Source: an uncultured delta proteobacterium
GTDB taxonomy: Bacteria; Myxococcota; Myxococcia; SLRQ01
DNA length: 64,000 bases
Assembly: GCA_963727485.1 (NCBI GenBank)
Contig: CAVSGM010000001.1
Coordinates: 640,001 to 704,000 of the forward strand
Reading direction: 5' to 3'
The notes under the pieces are model-generated. The model did not search any database. It was not told the DNA's origin and was given only the letters and a program-made list of their open reading frames with translations. Position 1 is the stretch's first letter. Each line of letters opens with the position of its first letter. Made by a program: the position numbers and the translations under genes. Shown here piece by piece: positions 43,963 to 52,765 of this stretch.

Positions 43963-45489
43963 CTACCGCCGCTTCCCGCCCGCGCGCTGGCGCCGCACGC
44001 CGAGGCGCTTCCCGGCTCCGCGCGTCCCGGTGTCGCCGCGGCCCCCACCGCGCCGCCCCGACCCGCGCTTGCCGGTCTTCCGCCGCTCGGCCCGGGCCCG
44101 GGCCTGGGCGGCGAAGCCCTCGTTGAGCAGCTTGCCGCACCAGGGGCAGTGGCCGAAGAGGCCCTTCTCCACCGAGAAGCCGCAGTCGTCGCACTTCTGC
44201 TCCATGCCCCGGGTGTGCCAGGTGTAGCTCTCGCCGCACCAGGGGCAGAAGCTCATGTAGCGCATCATCGGGCCCTGGCAGCGGGTGCAGCTGTCCTCGT
44301 AGCGCGGGTCCCGGGTGGGCCTGGGGGCGTCGGCGTCGGCGGATTGGAGGTAGCGCTCGCCGCACCAGGGGCAGCGGTGCCACTCGTCGTGCATCCCGTG
44401 CTCGCAGCGCTCGCAGTACCGCGGAAACGTCGCGTCGCTGCGGAAGCGCAACAGGTCGCCGCACCAGGGGCAGAAGAGCATCCCCTCGCTCACCGGGCCC
44501 CGGCACTCGACGCAGACCCACTCCAGGCCAAAGGGCTTCATGGCCGCGGCGAAGCGCTGCTCGAACTCGGCCCACCGGCGCTCGAGGTCGACCCGCTGGC
44601 GCTTGAGGTTGGCGGCGTCGACCAGCTGCTTGAGGCGGCGCCGGGTCGAGGGCCCGGTCAGCGCCTTGAACCGGCGCTCGATGACGGTCATGTCGTCGAG
44701 GCGGGCGGCGGGGTTGGGGGCGAGGAGGCGCTCGGCGAGGTGGCTCGCCCTCGCGCCGCCCCGGGCGGCCAGGAGCCGGGACACCGGCGCGGTGCGCGCC
44801 CGGGCGGTGCGGGTCCGGGGGAGCTTGCCGGTGACCGCCATGTGGAAGAGCGCCCCGAGGGCGTAGGCGTCGGCGGCGTTGTCCACCCGGCCCTGGGCGG
44901 TCTCCGGCGCCGCGTAGCCCGGGGTGAAGATCACCGTCTGCCGGGCTTGGGCCTGGGCGGTGCGCGAGGCGCCGAAGTCCCCGAGCTTCACCCACGCCCC
45001 CTCGCAGAACACGTTGTCGGGCTTCACGTCCCGGTGGACCAGGCCCCGGCGGTGCATGTGGGCGAGGCCCCGGGCCACCTGCCGGCAAATCTCCGCGGCG
45101 ACGTCCACGGGGATCACGTCCTGGTCCTCGAGGATGGTGACCAGGTCCGGCCCGTCCACGTACTCCATGACCAGGTAGAGGCCGTGGGTCCGGCACACGC
45201 CGGAGCCGACGATGCTGACCAGGTTGGGCTGGCGCAGCCGCCGGGCGTTGACGAACTCGTGCATCAGCGAGCGCTGCTGCACCGGGGTGAAGGTCCGCAC
45301 GCCCTTGACCGCCACCAGCTCGCCGTGGCGCTTCTCGTCGGCGCAGAGGAGCACGGTGGCGAACGCGCCCTCGCCCAGCGGCCGCAGGATCCGGTAGCGG
45401 TCGTCGATGTAGGCGGTCTCGTCGGCGTCGAGGCCGGCGAGGTCGAAGAGGTCCTCCGCCGTCGCGGAAAGCTTGGCCCGGGGCGCCAT
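43963..45489 (-). CDS. Ser/Thr protein kinase with four C-terminal zinc ribbons
   Basis: GEGAFATV, VAVK, HRDVKPDN, DFG, APE; four CxxC...CPWC pairs. Confidence 0.9.
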   Translation of the reverse strand: MAPRAKLSATAEDLFDLAGLDADETAYIDDRYRILRPLGEGAFATVLLCADEKRHGELVAVKGVRTFTPVQQRSLMHEFVNARRLRQPNLVSIVGSGVCRTHGLYLVMEYVDGPDLVTILEDQDVIPVDVAAEICRQVARGLAHMHRRGLVHRDVKPDNVFCEGAWVKLGDFGASRTAQAQARQTVIFTPGYAAPETAQGRVDNAADAYALGALFHMAVTGKLPRTRTARARTAPVSRLLAARGGARASHLAERLLAPNPAARLDDMTVIERRFKALTGPSTRRRLKQLVDAANLKRQRVDLERRWAEFEQRFAAAMKPFGLEWVCVECRGPVSEGMLFCPWCGDLLRFRSDATFPRYCERCEHGMHDEWHRCPWCGERYLQSADADAPRPTRDPRYEDSCTRCQGPMMRYMSFCPWCGESYTWHTRGMEQKCDDCGFSVEKGLFGHCPWCGKLLNEGFAAQARARAERRKTGKRGSGRRGGGRGDTGTRGAGKRLGVRRQRAGGKRR

Positions 45490-45501
45490 GGGGCCCGGAC
45501 G

Positions 45502-46500
45502 TTAGCCCGTTCCCGACAGCTCTGCCAGCACCACCGTGGCGTAGGCCCCGGGGGGCAGGGAGAAGGCGAGGACCAGGTCGTCGCCCTCGGGCTCGGCCGT
45601 AGGGTCCGTGACGGGGATCCGGGCGGGCCGGCGGGCGCCCTTCGCGTCCCGGCCGCCGGCCCGGAAGGCCTCCTGGGTCAGGCCCGCGTGGACCAGGACG
45701 GCCTCCTCCCGCTCGCCCGCGGGGCCCTCGGCGCGCCGGCCCTTGTGGCCGAAGAGGGGTCCGGTGGGGTCGAGCTCGCCGGCGCCGACCCGGGGGGTGT
45801 CGGTGGCCGGGTCGTCGCAGCGGAAGATGCCCCCCGAGGCCCGGACCTGGAGGAGGTCGCCCTCGACCGCGGCGTGGAGCAGGCCGTCGTCGAAGCGCCG
45901 GTCGAGCCAGTCGTTGAAGAGCTGGGACTGGAGGGCCGAGAGGTAGAGGCGCCGGTGGTAGCGGCTGCGCACCTGGAGGCTGCCCTCGAGGATCGCCCGG
46001 CCCTGGTCGGCGTTGTCGCCCCGGCGGCCGAAGCGCTGGGGGCCGAAGTAGTTGGGGAGGCCCTCGGCGTCGAGGCGCGCGAGGATCGCCCGCGCCGCCT
46101 CGAGGTCGGCGGCGGCGCCCCGGAGGCGGAGGGTGAACCGGTTCCCCGAGAGGTGGCCGGTCTTCAGCTTGTTGCCGTGGCGCCCGGTCTCGACCACCCG
46201 CCAGCCCTCACCTTCGGGCAGCGCGTCGAGGTCGCCCCAGGGCACGCTCATCCACTGGCGGGTCACCGCCTGGCGGTCCTTCTGCCCGGCGACCCCCACC
46301 TCGCCGGGGCGGATCCCCAGGGCCCGGGCCAGCTCCACCACCACGTCCTGGGTGTTCAGGCCCCGCTTCTCCACCTTGAGGAAGCGGTGCTCGCCCTCGC
46401 CCGAGAGGGGGTAGCGGGGGAGCTCGTCGACCACGAAGTCCTCGGGGACGACCTTGGTGAGGCCCCGCACCACCGGGAGCCCTTCGCAGAGGCGGCGCAT
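45502..46500 (-). CDS. truD: tRNA pseudouridine(13) synthase
   Basis: PEDFVVDE, AGQKDRQAVTRQ, PNYFGPQRFG, FSLPPGAYAT. Confidence 0.95.
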   Translation of the reverse strand: MRRLCEGLPVVRGLTKVVPEDFVVDELPRYPLSGEGEHRFLKVEKRGLNTQDVVVELARALGIRPGEVGVAGQKDRQAVTRQWMSVPWGDLDALPEGEGWRVVETGRHGNKLKTGHLSGNRFTLRLRGAAADLEAARAILARLDAEGLPNYFGPQRFGRRGDNADQGRAILEGSLQVRSRYHRRLYLSALQSQLFNDWLDRRFDDGLLHAAVEGDLLQVRASGGIFRCDDPATDTPRVGAGELDPTGPLFGHKGRRAEGPAGEREEAVLVHAGLTQEAFRAGGRDAKGARRPARIPVTDPTAEPEGDDLVLAFSLPPGAYATVVLAELSGTG

Positions 46501-46503
46501 GGG

Positions 46504-47781
46504 CTACTGCTCCAGGAGCTCGTAGATGACCTTCACCCGGCGCGAGAGGTCCTCGTCGCGTTCCGGGGGAAGGAGCTCGCCGGCCTGGAAGAGCTCGAAG
46601 AACATCAGCTCGTTGAGCGCCTCGTAGAGGAACCGGGTGGGCGAGGGGGCGCGGCCCGGATCGAGGCCGCCGAGGTGGGTGAGGACCTGGTCCTCGGGGA
46701 GCATCCCCTCGTCGTCGAGCTTCAGGCCGTGGAAGAGATTGGGGTAGCCGTGATGGTCGGCGCCGAGGAAGGCGTCGGTGCCCAGGCGGAAGCCCACGGT
46801 GGGGGCGACGCGGCCGACCTCCTCGAAGATCTCCCGGAACACGGTGTTGAACACCCGGACGATCTCCTTCACCTCGGGGTTGAGCTGGGGGGCGGCGCCG
46901 CCGAGGCCGGGCTGGGGCTTCTCGGCGACCACCGCCACGTAGCCCGACTCGGCGAGGCCGAAGAGGGCCTTGGTGGCGTCGAACTCGGGCAGGTGGCTCG
47001 CCTGGGCGATCTCCCGGACGGTGTGCTTGCCGTCGACCTGCTCGAAGACCGCGGTCTCCTGGGCGTTGAGCTTCTCGGGTCGCCGGCCCCGCCGGACCAC
47101 GTAGGCCTCCTGGTCGGGGATGCGCTTCCTGAAGTGGCCCATCTCGTCGATGCGCCGCAGCCCGTCCATGAGCAGGGCGTTGAGGTCGAGGTTGAGCTGG
47201 GCGGCGAAGCGTGCGTCCACCGGGTCGTTGAAGAGGGAGAACACCCCGTGGTCCATCACCAGCACCGAGAAGAAGATCTCCTGGATCTGGTGGGTGATGG
47301 CCTTGTAGAGGCCGGCCGCGTCGAGGAGCCCGGAGCCCAGGAGGAGCTGGCCGATGCGCGCGCCCGGCGGCGGGGTCTTCTCCAGGGCCCGCTCGATGGC
47401 GTCGCCGGCGACGAGGCCGAGGCGCTGCACCACCTCGCCGAGGCGGTCGGAGGGGAGGTTGCTGGTGGCCCAGCGCACGGAGCCCTGGCGGATGAACACC
47501 GACTTCTCCACGCCGCCGCTGGCCACGTTGAGGACGCCGGTCCACCGGGACTGGGCGAGGAAGGCCACCAGCTCGCCGAGGCCGATGCCCCCGAGGTCAC
47601 CGGTGAGCACGGCGCGGACGCCCTCGGCGGGGTGGTCGACGCGCTGTCGCCGGAGGAGGACGAGGTCCGGCGACGCCGGGAGGATGCGCCACCGCCCCTC
47701 CTTGTCGGAGAGGTAGCGCCTCCCGGGCTCGCCGTCTGCCGAGAGGCGGCCCTTCTTGTCCAGCGATAGGTACTCGGGCAT
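46504..47781 (-). CDS. DUF4388 (PATAN-like) protein, long
   Basis: GDLGGIGLGELVAFLAQSRWTGVL, RLGEV, RIGQLL, LLMDGLRRIDE. Confidence 0.8.
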   Translation of the reverse strand: MPEYLSLDKKGRLSADGEPGRRYLSDKEGRWRILPASPDLVLLRRQRVDHPAEGVRAVLTGDLGGIGLGELVAFLAQSRWTGVLNVASGGVEKSVFIRQGSVRWATSNLPSDRLGEVVQRLGLVAGDAIERALEKTPPPGARIGQLLLGSGLLDAAGLYKAITHQIQEIFFSVLVMDHGVFSLFNDPVDARFAAQLNLDLNALLMDGLRRIDEMGHFRKRIPDQEAYVVRRGRRPEKLNAQETAVFEQVDGKHTVREIAQASHLPEFDATKALFGLAESGYVAVVAEKPQPGLGGAAPQLNPEVKEIVRVFNTVFREIFEEVGRVAPTVGFRLGTDAFLGADHHGYPNLFHGLKLDDEGMLPEDQVLTHLGGLDPGRAPSPTRFLYEALNELMFFELFQAGELLPPERDEDLSRRVKVIYELLEQ

Positions 47782-47941
47782 GCCGTCTTCGGGGTGGGGT
47801 GTGGGGCCCCCGCCCGGGTCCAGGTGTAGCACGGGGCAGGGCGGCCGGCCACTTGGCGAGAGGCCGTCCATGGCCCCCCGGCCCCATGGATAGTGCCTCC
47901 GGAGGCACACCGGTGTAGTTTGGACCGCCGAGGAGGCCCCC

Positions 47942-49786
47942 ATGGAAGCGCCCACCGCCGACACCCTCTTCGCGCGCCCCGACGTGGAGATGGAGACCCG
48001 GGACGACGGGACCCGGATCCTCCGCAGCCGCACGCGGCTGGCCACGCCGGAGCGGAGCCTGGGGGCGATGCTCCGTCAGGGCGCCGAGGACGTCCCCGAC
48101 CGGGTGATGCTCGCCGAGCGCGACGCCGCCGGGGGGTGGCGGAAGGTCACCTGGGCCGAGGCGGCCCAGGCGGCGGCGTCCATCGGCCAGGCGCTCCTCG
48201 ATCGGAAGCTCGGCCCCGAGCGGCCCCTGATGATCCTCTCGGGGAACTCGGTGGACCACGCCCTGATGACCCTGGGGGCGCTGTGGGCCGGGGTCCCGGT
48301 GGCCCCGGTGTCGGCGGCCTACTCGCTGATGAGCCGGGACTTCGCCAAGCTGGGGCACGTCTACGGGCAGGTGAAGCCGGGGCTCGTCTTCGCCGATCGG
48401 GGCACGGTCTTCGCCCCGGCGCTCGAGGCCCTCGGCGACAGGCGGGTGGAGCTGGTGGTCAGCGACGCGGCGCCGGCCGGGCGCCGGGCGACGCTGCTGG
48501 CGAAGCTTGTGGGTACGCCGCCGCGCAAGCAGGTCGCCGAGGCCGCCGCCGAGGTGGGCCCGGAGACCATCGCCAAGATCCTGTTCACCTCCGGGTCCAC
48601 CGACACGCCCAAGGGCGTCATCAACACCCACGGGATGCTCACGGCCAACCAGCAGGCCATCGCCCAGTGCTGGCCGTTCCTGGAGGAGACCCCGCCGGTG
48701 CTGGTGGACTGGCTGCCCTGGAGCCACACCTTCGGGGGCAACCACAACTTCAACATGGTGCTGCGCCACGGCGGCACCCTCTACGTCGACGAGGGCAAGC
48801 CGGCGCCGGGCCGGGTCGAGGAGACGGTGGCCAACCTCCGGGAGGTGTCGCCGACGGTCTACTTCAACGTGCCCGCGGGCTACGGCGCGCTGCTCCCGTT
48901 CCTCGAGCGCGACGCCGAGCTGCGCGGGCGCTTCTTCGCGCGGCTGCAGGTGCTCTTCTACGCCGCGGCGGCGCTCCCCGACGACCTGTGGCAGCGCCTC
49001 GACCGCCTGGCCCGCGAGACCCTGGGCCACCCGGTGGTCCTCACCTCGGCCTGGGGCTCCACCGAGACCTCGCCGCTGGCCACCAGCGCCCACTTCGCGC
49101 TCTCGCACGCAGGCAACATCGGGGTGCCGCCCCCGGGGACGTCGATCAAGCTGGTCCCCAACGGCGCCAAGCAGGAGCTGCGGGTGAAGGGCCCCTCGGT
49201 GATGCCCGGGTACTGGCGCCGCCCGGAGCTCACGGCGAAGGCCTTCGACGCCGACGGCTTCTACCGCATCGGCGACGCCGGCAAGCTCGCCGACCCCTCG
49301 GATCCCAACGCGGGGATCCTCTTCGACGGCCGGGTGGCCGAGGACTTCAAGCTCACCACCGGCACCTGGGTGAGCGTGGGCACCCTGCGGGTGTCGGTGC
49401 TGGAGGCCATGTCGCCTCTGGTCCAGGACGCGGTGGTCGCCGGCCACGACCGCGACTACCTCTCGCTGCTGCTCTGGCCCAACGTGGCGGCGTGCAAGGC
49501 GGCCTTCCGCCTCGACGACGAGGCGACGGCCGACGACGTGGTGAACTTCCCCGAGCTCCAGCACCAAATCGTCGAGCGGCTGCGCCTCCACAACGCCGAG
49601 CACACCGGCCGCAGCGAGCGCATCGGCCGGGTGATGCTGATGACCGAGCCGCCGTCCATCGACGCCGGCGAGATCACCGACAAGGGCTACGTGAACCAGC
49701 GGGCGACCCTGGAGCGGCGGGCCGAGCTGGTCCAGGCGCTCTACCGGGAGCCGCCGGGCGACGGGGTGATGCTGGTGGAGGTGTGA
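47942..49786 (+). CDS. fcs: Feruloyl-CoA synthetase-like acyl-CoA ligase
   Basis: LFTSGST..PKG, DWLPWSHTFGGNHN, WGSTETSP, FDGRVAEDFKLTTGTWV, EITDKGYVNQR. Confidence 0.85.
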   Translation: MEAPTADTLFARPDVEMETRDDGTRILRSRTRLATPERSLGAMLRQGAEDVPDRVMLAERDAAGGWRKVTWAEAAQAAASIGQALLDRKLGPERPLMILSGNSVDHALMTLGALWAGVPVAPVSAAYSLMSRDFAKLGHVYGQVKPGLVFADRGTVFAPALEALGDRRVELVVSDAAPAGRRATLLAKLVGTPPRKQVAEAAAEVGPETIAKILFTSGSTDTPKGVINTHGMLTANQQAIAQCWPFLEETPPVLVDWLPWSHTFGGNHNFNMVLRHGGTLYVDEGKPAPGRVEETVANLREVSPTVYFNVPAGYGALLPFLERDAELRGRFFARLQVLFYAAAALPDDLWQRLDRLARETLGHPVVLTSAWGSTETSPLATSAHFALSHAGNIGVPPPGTSIKLVPNGAKQELRVKGPSVMPGYWRRPELTAKAFDADGFYRIGDAGKLADPSDPNAGILFDGRVAEDFKLTTGTWVSVGTLRVSVLEAMSPLVQDAVVAGHDRDYLSLLLWPNVAACKAAFRLDDEATADDVVNFPELQHQIVERLRLHNAEHTGRSERIGRVMLMTEPPSIDAGEITDKGYVNQRATLERRAELVQALYREPPGDGVMLVEV

Positions 49787-51075
49787 GCGCGGCGCGGGCG
49801 GGGCGTGCGCCGGGGCCGGTGACCGTGTCCGGCGGCGCTGCGGCGCGGTTCCTGCTGTGGCACCAGGGGCTCCTCGATGCCGATGGGCTCGCCGAGGCGC
49901 TCGGTGGCTCGGGGAGCGGTGGACCGGTGGCGAGCGGTCCCTGGCGCGGTGAGCTCCGGGGCGTCGAGGGGGCGCTCACGGCCCTGCGCCGCCTGGAGGC
50001 GGTGCAGATCGACCCGGTGGCGGTGGTGGCGCCGAACCACCACCTGGTGCTCCGGGCCCGGGTCGGCGGCTACCGGCCCAGCTACCTGGAGGCGCTCTTC
50101 GCGCGCCAGGCGGTCTGCGAGTACTACCTCCACGCCCGCTGCTTCCTGCCCCTCGAGGACTTCCCCCTCGGTGCCCCGCGCATGGCGCGGGTGACGGCGC
50201 GGCACCGGGCGCGCTTCCCCGAGCTCGAGCCGGTGAAGCGCGCGGTCCTCGCCCGGATGCGCGCCGAGGGCCCGCTCCCGGCCCGGGCCTTCGAGTCGGA
50301 GAAGGTCACGGGCTTCTGGGGCACGCCGATGAAGGCCACGAGCCTGGCCATCGACCTCCTCTGGGACGAGGGGCGGCTGATGGTCGCAAGTCGCGATGGG
50401 GGCGAGCGCCGCTTCGACGTCGTCGAGCGTCTCCTGCCCCCCGAGGTCGCCGAGGATCTGCGGCAGCTTCGCCGCCGCCCGGCCGAGGCCCACGCCCGCG
50501 GCGCCCTCAAGCAGCTGCGCACCGAGGGCCTGGTGGCGCGCCCCGGTGGCTGGCTCCGGCGCCCGGCCGCCGAGCGGAAGGCCTGGACCGACGCCCAGCT
50601 CGCCGCCGGCGTCATCCGCGAGGTGGCCATCGAAGGCGTCCGCCGGCGCTACCACGTCCTCGCCGAGCAGGTGCCGGCGCTGCTGGCCATGGAGCAGGTC
50701 CGCGCCCGCCCCCGGGTGCACCTGCTGGCGCCCCTCGACAACCTCATGTGGAGCCGCCCGCGCCTCGCCGACGTCTTCGGCTTCGACTACCGCTGGGAGA
50801 TCTACACGCCGGCAAAGCAGCGGAGGTACGGCGCCTACACCATGCCCGTCCTCGAGGGCGACCGCTTCGTGGGCCGGGTCGACGCCAAGGCCAACCGCGG
50901 CGCCGGCCGCCTGGAGGTGGCGGCGGTGCACTGGGAGGACGGCGTCCCCGTGGGGCCGCGCCGCCAGGCCCGGGTGGCGCGGGCCCTGGGCGACCTGGCG
51001 CGGTGGCTGGGGCTGGGGCTGGGGCTGGGGCTGGGCGACGGCGTGGCGCTCGGTCCGGGGACGCTCGGCGCCTAA
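49783..51075 (+). CDS. YcaQ/AlkZ (HTH_42) family DNA crosslink glycosylase
   Basis: VQIDPV catalytic QxD, LLAPLDNLMW, FGFDYRWEIYTPAKQRRYG. Confidence 0.85.
   Translation: MSAARAGRAPGPVTVSGGAAARFLLWHQGLLDADGLAEALGGSGSGGPVASGPWRGELRGVEGALTALRRLEAVQIDPVAVVAPNHHLVLRARVGGYRPSYLEALFARQAVCEYYLHARCFLPLEDFPLGAPRMARVTARHRARFPELEPVKRAVLARMRAEGPLPARAFESEKVTGFWGTPMKATSLAIDLLWDEGRLMVASRDGGERRFDVVERLLPPEVAEDLRQLRRRPAEAHARGALKQLRTEGLVARPGGWLRRPAAERKAWTDAQLAAGVIREVAIEGVRRRYHVLAEQVPALLAMEQVRARPRVHLLAPLDNLMWSRPRLADVFGFDYRWEIYTPAKQRRYGAYTMPVLEGDRFVGRVDAKANRGAGRLEVAAVHWEDGVPVGPRRQARVARALGDLARWLGLGLGLGLGDGVALGPGTLGA
51007..51036 (+). repeat. Short tandem repeat (CTGGGG)x4 plus CTGGGC
   Basis: Encodes LGLGLGLGLG in the tail of the YcaQ-like gene. 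Confidence 0.8.
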
Positions 51076-51168
51076 TTCAGCAGTGCTGTATTGGGACCCG
51101 GGACCAGGTCCCGCGCCCCCGGCGTGCGGTATACGTTGTTGGGCCCCTCCGCCAGGAGCGCCTGCCCG

Positions 51169-51516
51169 ATGCCCCGACCCAAGGACCCGGCCAAGACCCG
51201 CGCCGCCGCCGCGCACCCAGACCGCCCCGGCGCCGAGTGCAGAGCCGAGCCGGGCGCCTCGGTGCCGGTGGTCGACCGCACCCGGTGCGAGGGCAAGAAC
51301 GACTGCGTCCTGGTGTGCCCCTACCAGGTCTTCGAGGTGCGCCGCATGGACGACGCGGACTTCGCGGCCCTGGACTTCTTCGCCCGCCTCAGGAGCCGCG
51401 CCCACCGCCGGCGCACCGCCTACACCCCGGGCGCGGCCAACTGTCACGCCTGCGGCCTCTGCGTGGTCGCCTGCCCCGAGCGGGCGATCACCCTGGTCGA
51501 GCGATCGCCCGCCTAG
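51169..51516 (+). CDS. 4Fe-4S dicluster-type ferredoxin
   Basis: CEGKNDCVLVCP and CHACGLCVVACP. Confidence 0.88.
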   Translation: MPRPKDPAKTRAAAAHPDRPGAECRAEPGASVPVVDRTRCEGKNDCVLVCPYQVFEVRRMDDADFAALDFFARLRSRAHRRRTAYTPGAANCHACGLCVVACPERAITLVERSPA

Positions 51517-51535
51517 GGCGCGCCGGGGCGTCGCG

Positions 51536-51844
51536 CTACTTCTGGCAGTGGCCCGAGCTGCAGTGGCCGCCGCCCGGGCACTCCGAGTCGAAGTTGCAGG
51601 AGCCGTCGGGGGCGTTGGAGCACTTGCCGCTGTGGCACTTGGCGCCGTGCCCGCCGCAGTCCGAGTCGAAGTTGCACGAGCCGCCGGCCGCGTCGGCGCA
51701 GTGCCCGGAGCTGCACTTCACGCCCTTGTGGCAGTCGCTGTTGAAGTTGCACTTCCCGTAGTCGCCGGCGTGGGCGGCGGTGGGCACGGCGGCGAGGGCG
51801 AAGAGCAGGGCGGCGGGGATGAGCAGCGCCTTGAGTCGATGCAT
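51536..51844 (-). CDS. Small secreted Cys-rich triple-repeat protein
   Basis: GGAGG RBS; AHA signal; three CNFxS(D/E)C-x5-6-CxSG(H/K)C units. Confidence 0.8.
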   Translation of the reverse strand: MHRLKALLIPAALLFALAAVPTAAHAGDYGKCNFNSDCHKGVKCSSGHCADAAGGSCNFDSDCGGHGAKCHSGKCSNAPDGSCNFDSECPGGGHCSSGHCQK

Positions 51845-51899
51845 GTGGGTCCTCCCAGACCAGGTGAGGGGGCACGAGCGGGGTGCCCCAGTCGGCAGC

Positions 51900-52654
51900 C
51901 TACCCGGCCCCCGGGGCATCCGGCCATCCCTCCGGCCGCGGCCGCCACTCCATCAGTGCGTAGAGGGCGAAGGTGAACGCGTAGGCCCCGGCGATGTCGA
52001 TGGCGTAGTGCAGGTGCGCGAAGACGACGCTCGCCACGGCGACCACGTGGGCGAGCACCGCCACCCAGCGCAGTCGCGGCCTCCGCCACAAGTAGAGCAC
52101 CAGGAGGAACGTCGTCGCCGTGTGCCCGGAGAAGAACAGGTCCTTGGTCAGGTACACGTTCGCCGCGCCGTGGACGAAGACGCCGAGCGGCGAGAGGAGC
52201 TGGGGGAACGCCTGGGCGAAGCTGGCGTGGCCGAGGCCCGGCCCGGCGTGGACCGGGTCCGGCGCCCCGAGGCCGGTCATGGCGATGGTCACCCCGCGCG
52301 TGAGCGACAGGAGGCCCCCGGTGATCATGTAGCGCGCCCAGCGCCTCGGCTCGGTCCAGAGGAACGCCACGCCCAGCGGCAGGTAGAAGGCGACCCAGGC
52401 GAGGTAGTTCAGGTGGTCGACCCAGGGCACGTAGGGGACGTGGGCCACCAGGGCGTCGGGCACCGTGGGCGCCGGGCGCCGCTCGGCCCACAGCGCCAGC
52501 GCGGTCATCGCCGCGTAGCAGGCGTAGCGGAACGCCGTGACCCCGGCGAGGCGCCAGGCCAGGGTGCGCAGCTCGGCCAGGCGGCCGGGGGGGGCGGAGC
52601 GGGCGCGGCGCTGGACGGGGGCAGGGAGGGCGGTGCGTCGGGGGCGGGGTTCAC
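51900..52654 (-). CDS. PAP2_C / sphingomyelin-synthase-like membrane phosphotransferase; probable frameshift in G8 run near 52590
   Basis: DLFFSGHT and HYAIDI motifs, N-terminal VPD, several TM helices. Confidence 0.7.
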
Positions 52655-52765
52655 GACCCGGCAGGCGTACCCCGAGCTGGCCCCGCGCGCCAGCCCCAGC
52701 CGTGACCGGGCCGGCCGGGTGCCGGGGGCATCGTCGCGCCCCGGTCACCAAAGGTAACCGGCCGC

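Noticed and set aside
51007..51036. CTGGGG repeat as a phase-variation switch or G-quadruplex
   Set aside because: The 6-bp unit keeps the frame and lies in a low-complexity C-terminal tail; there is no evidence of function
51536..51844. Cys/His-rich peptide as the missing Hxs precursor
   Set aside because: It lies about 38 kb away, has a Sec signal peptide and lacks His-Xaa-Ser repeats
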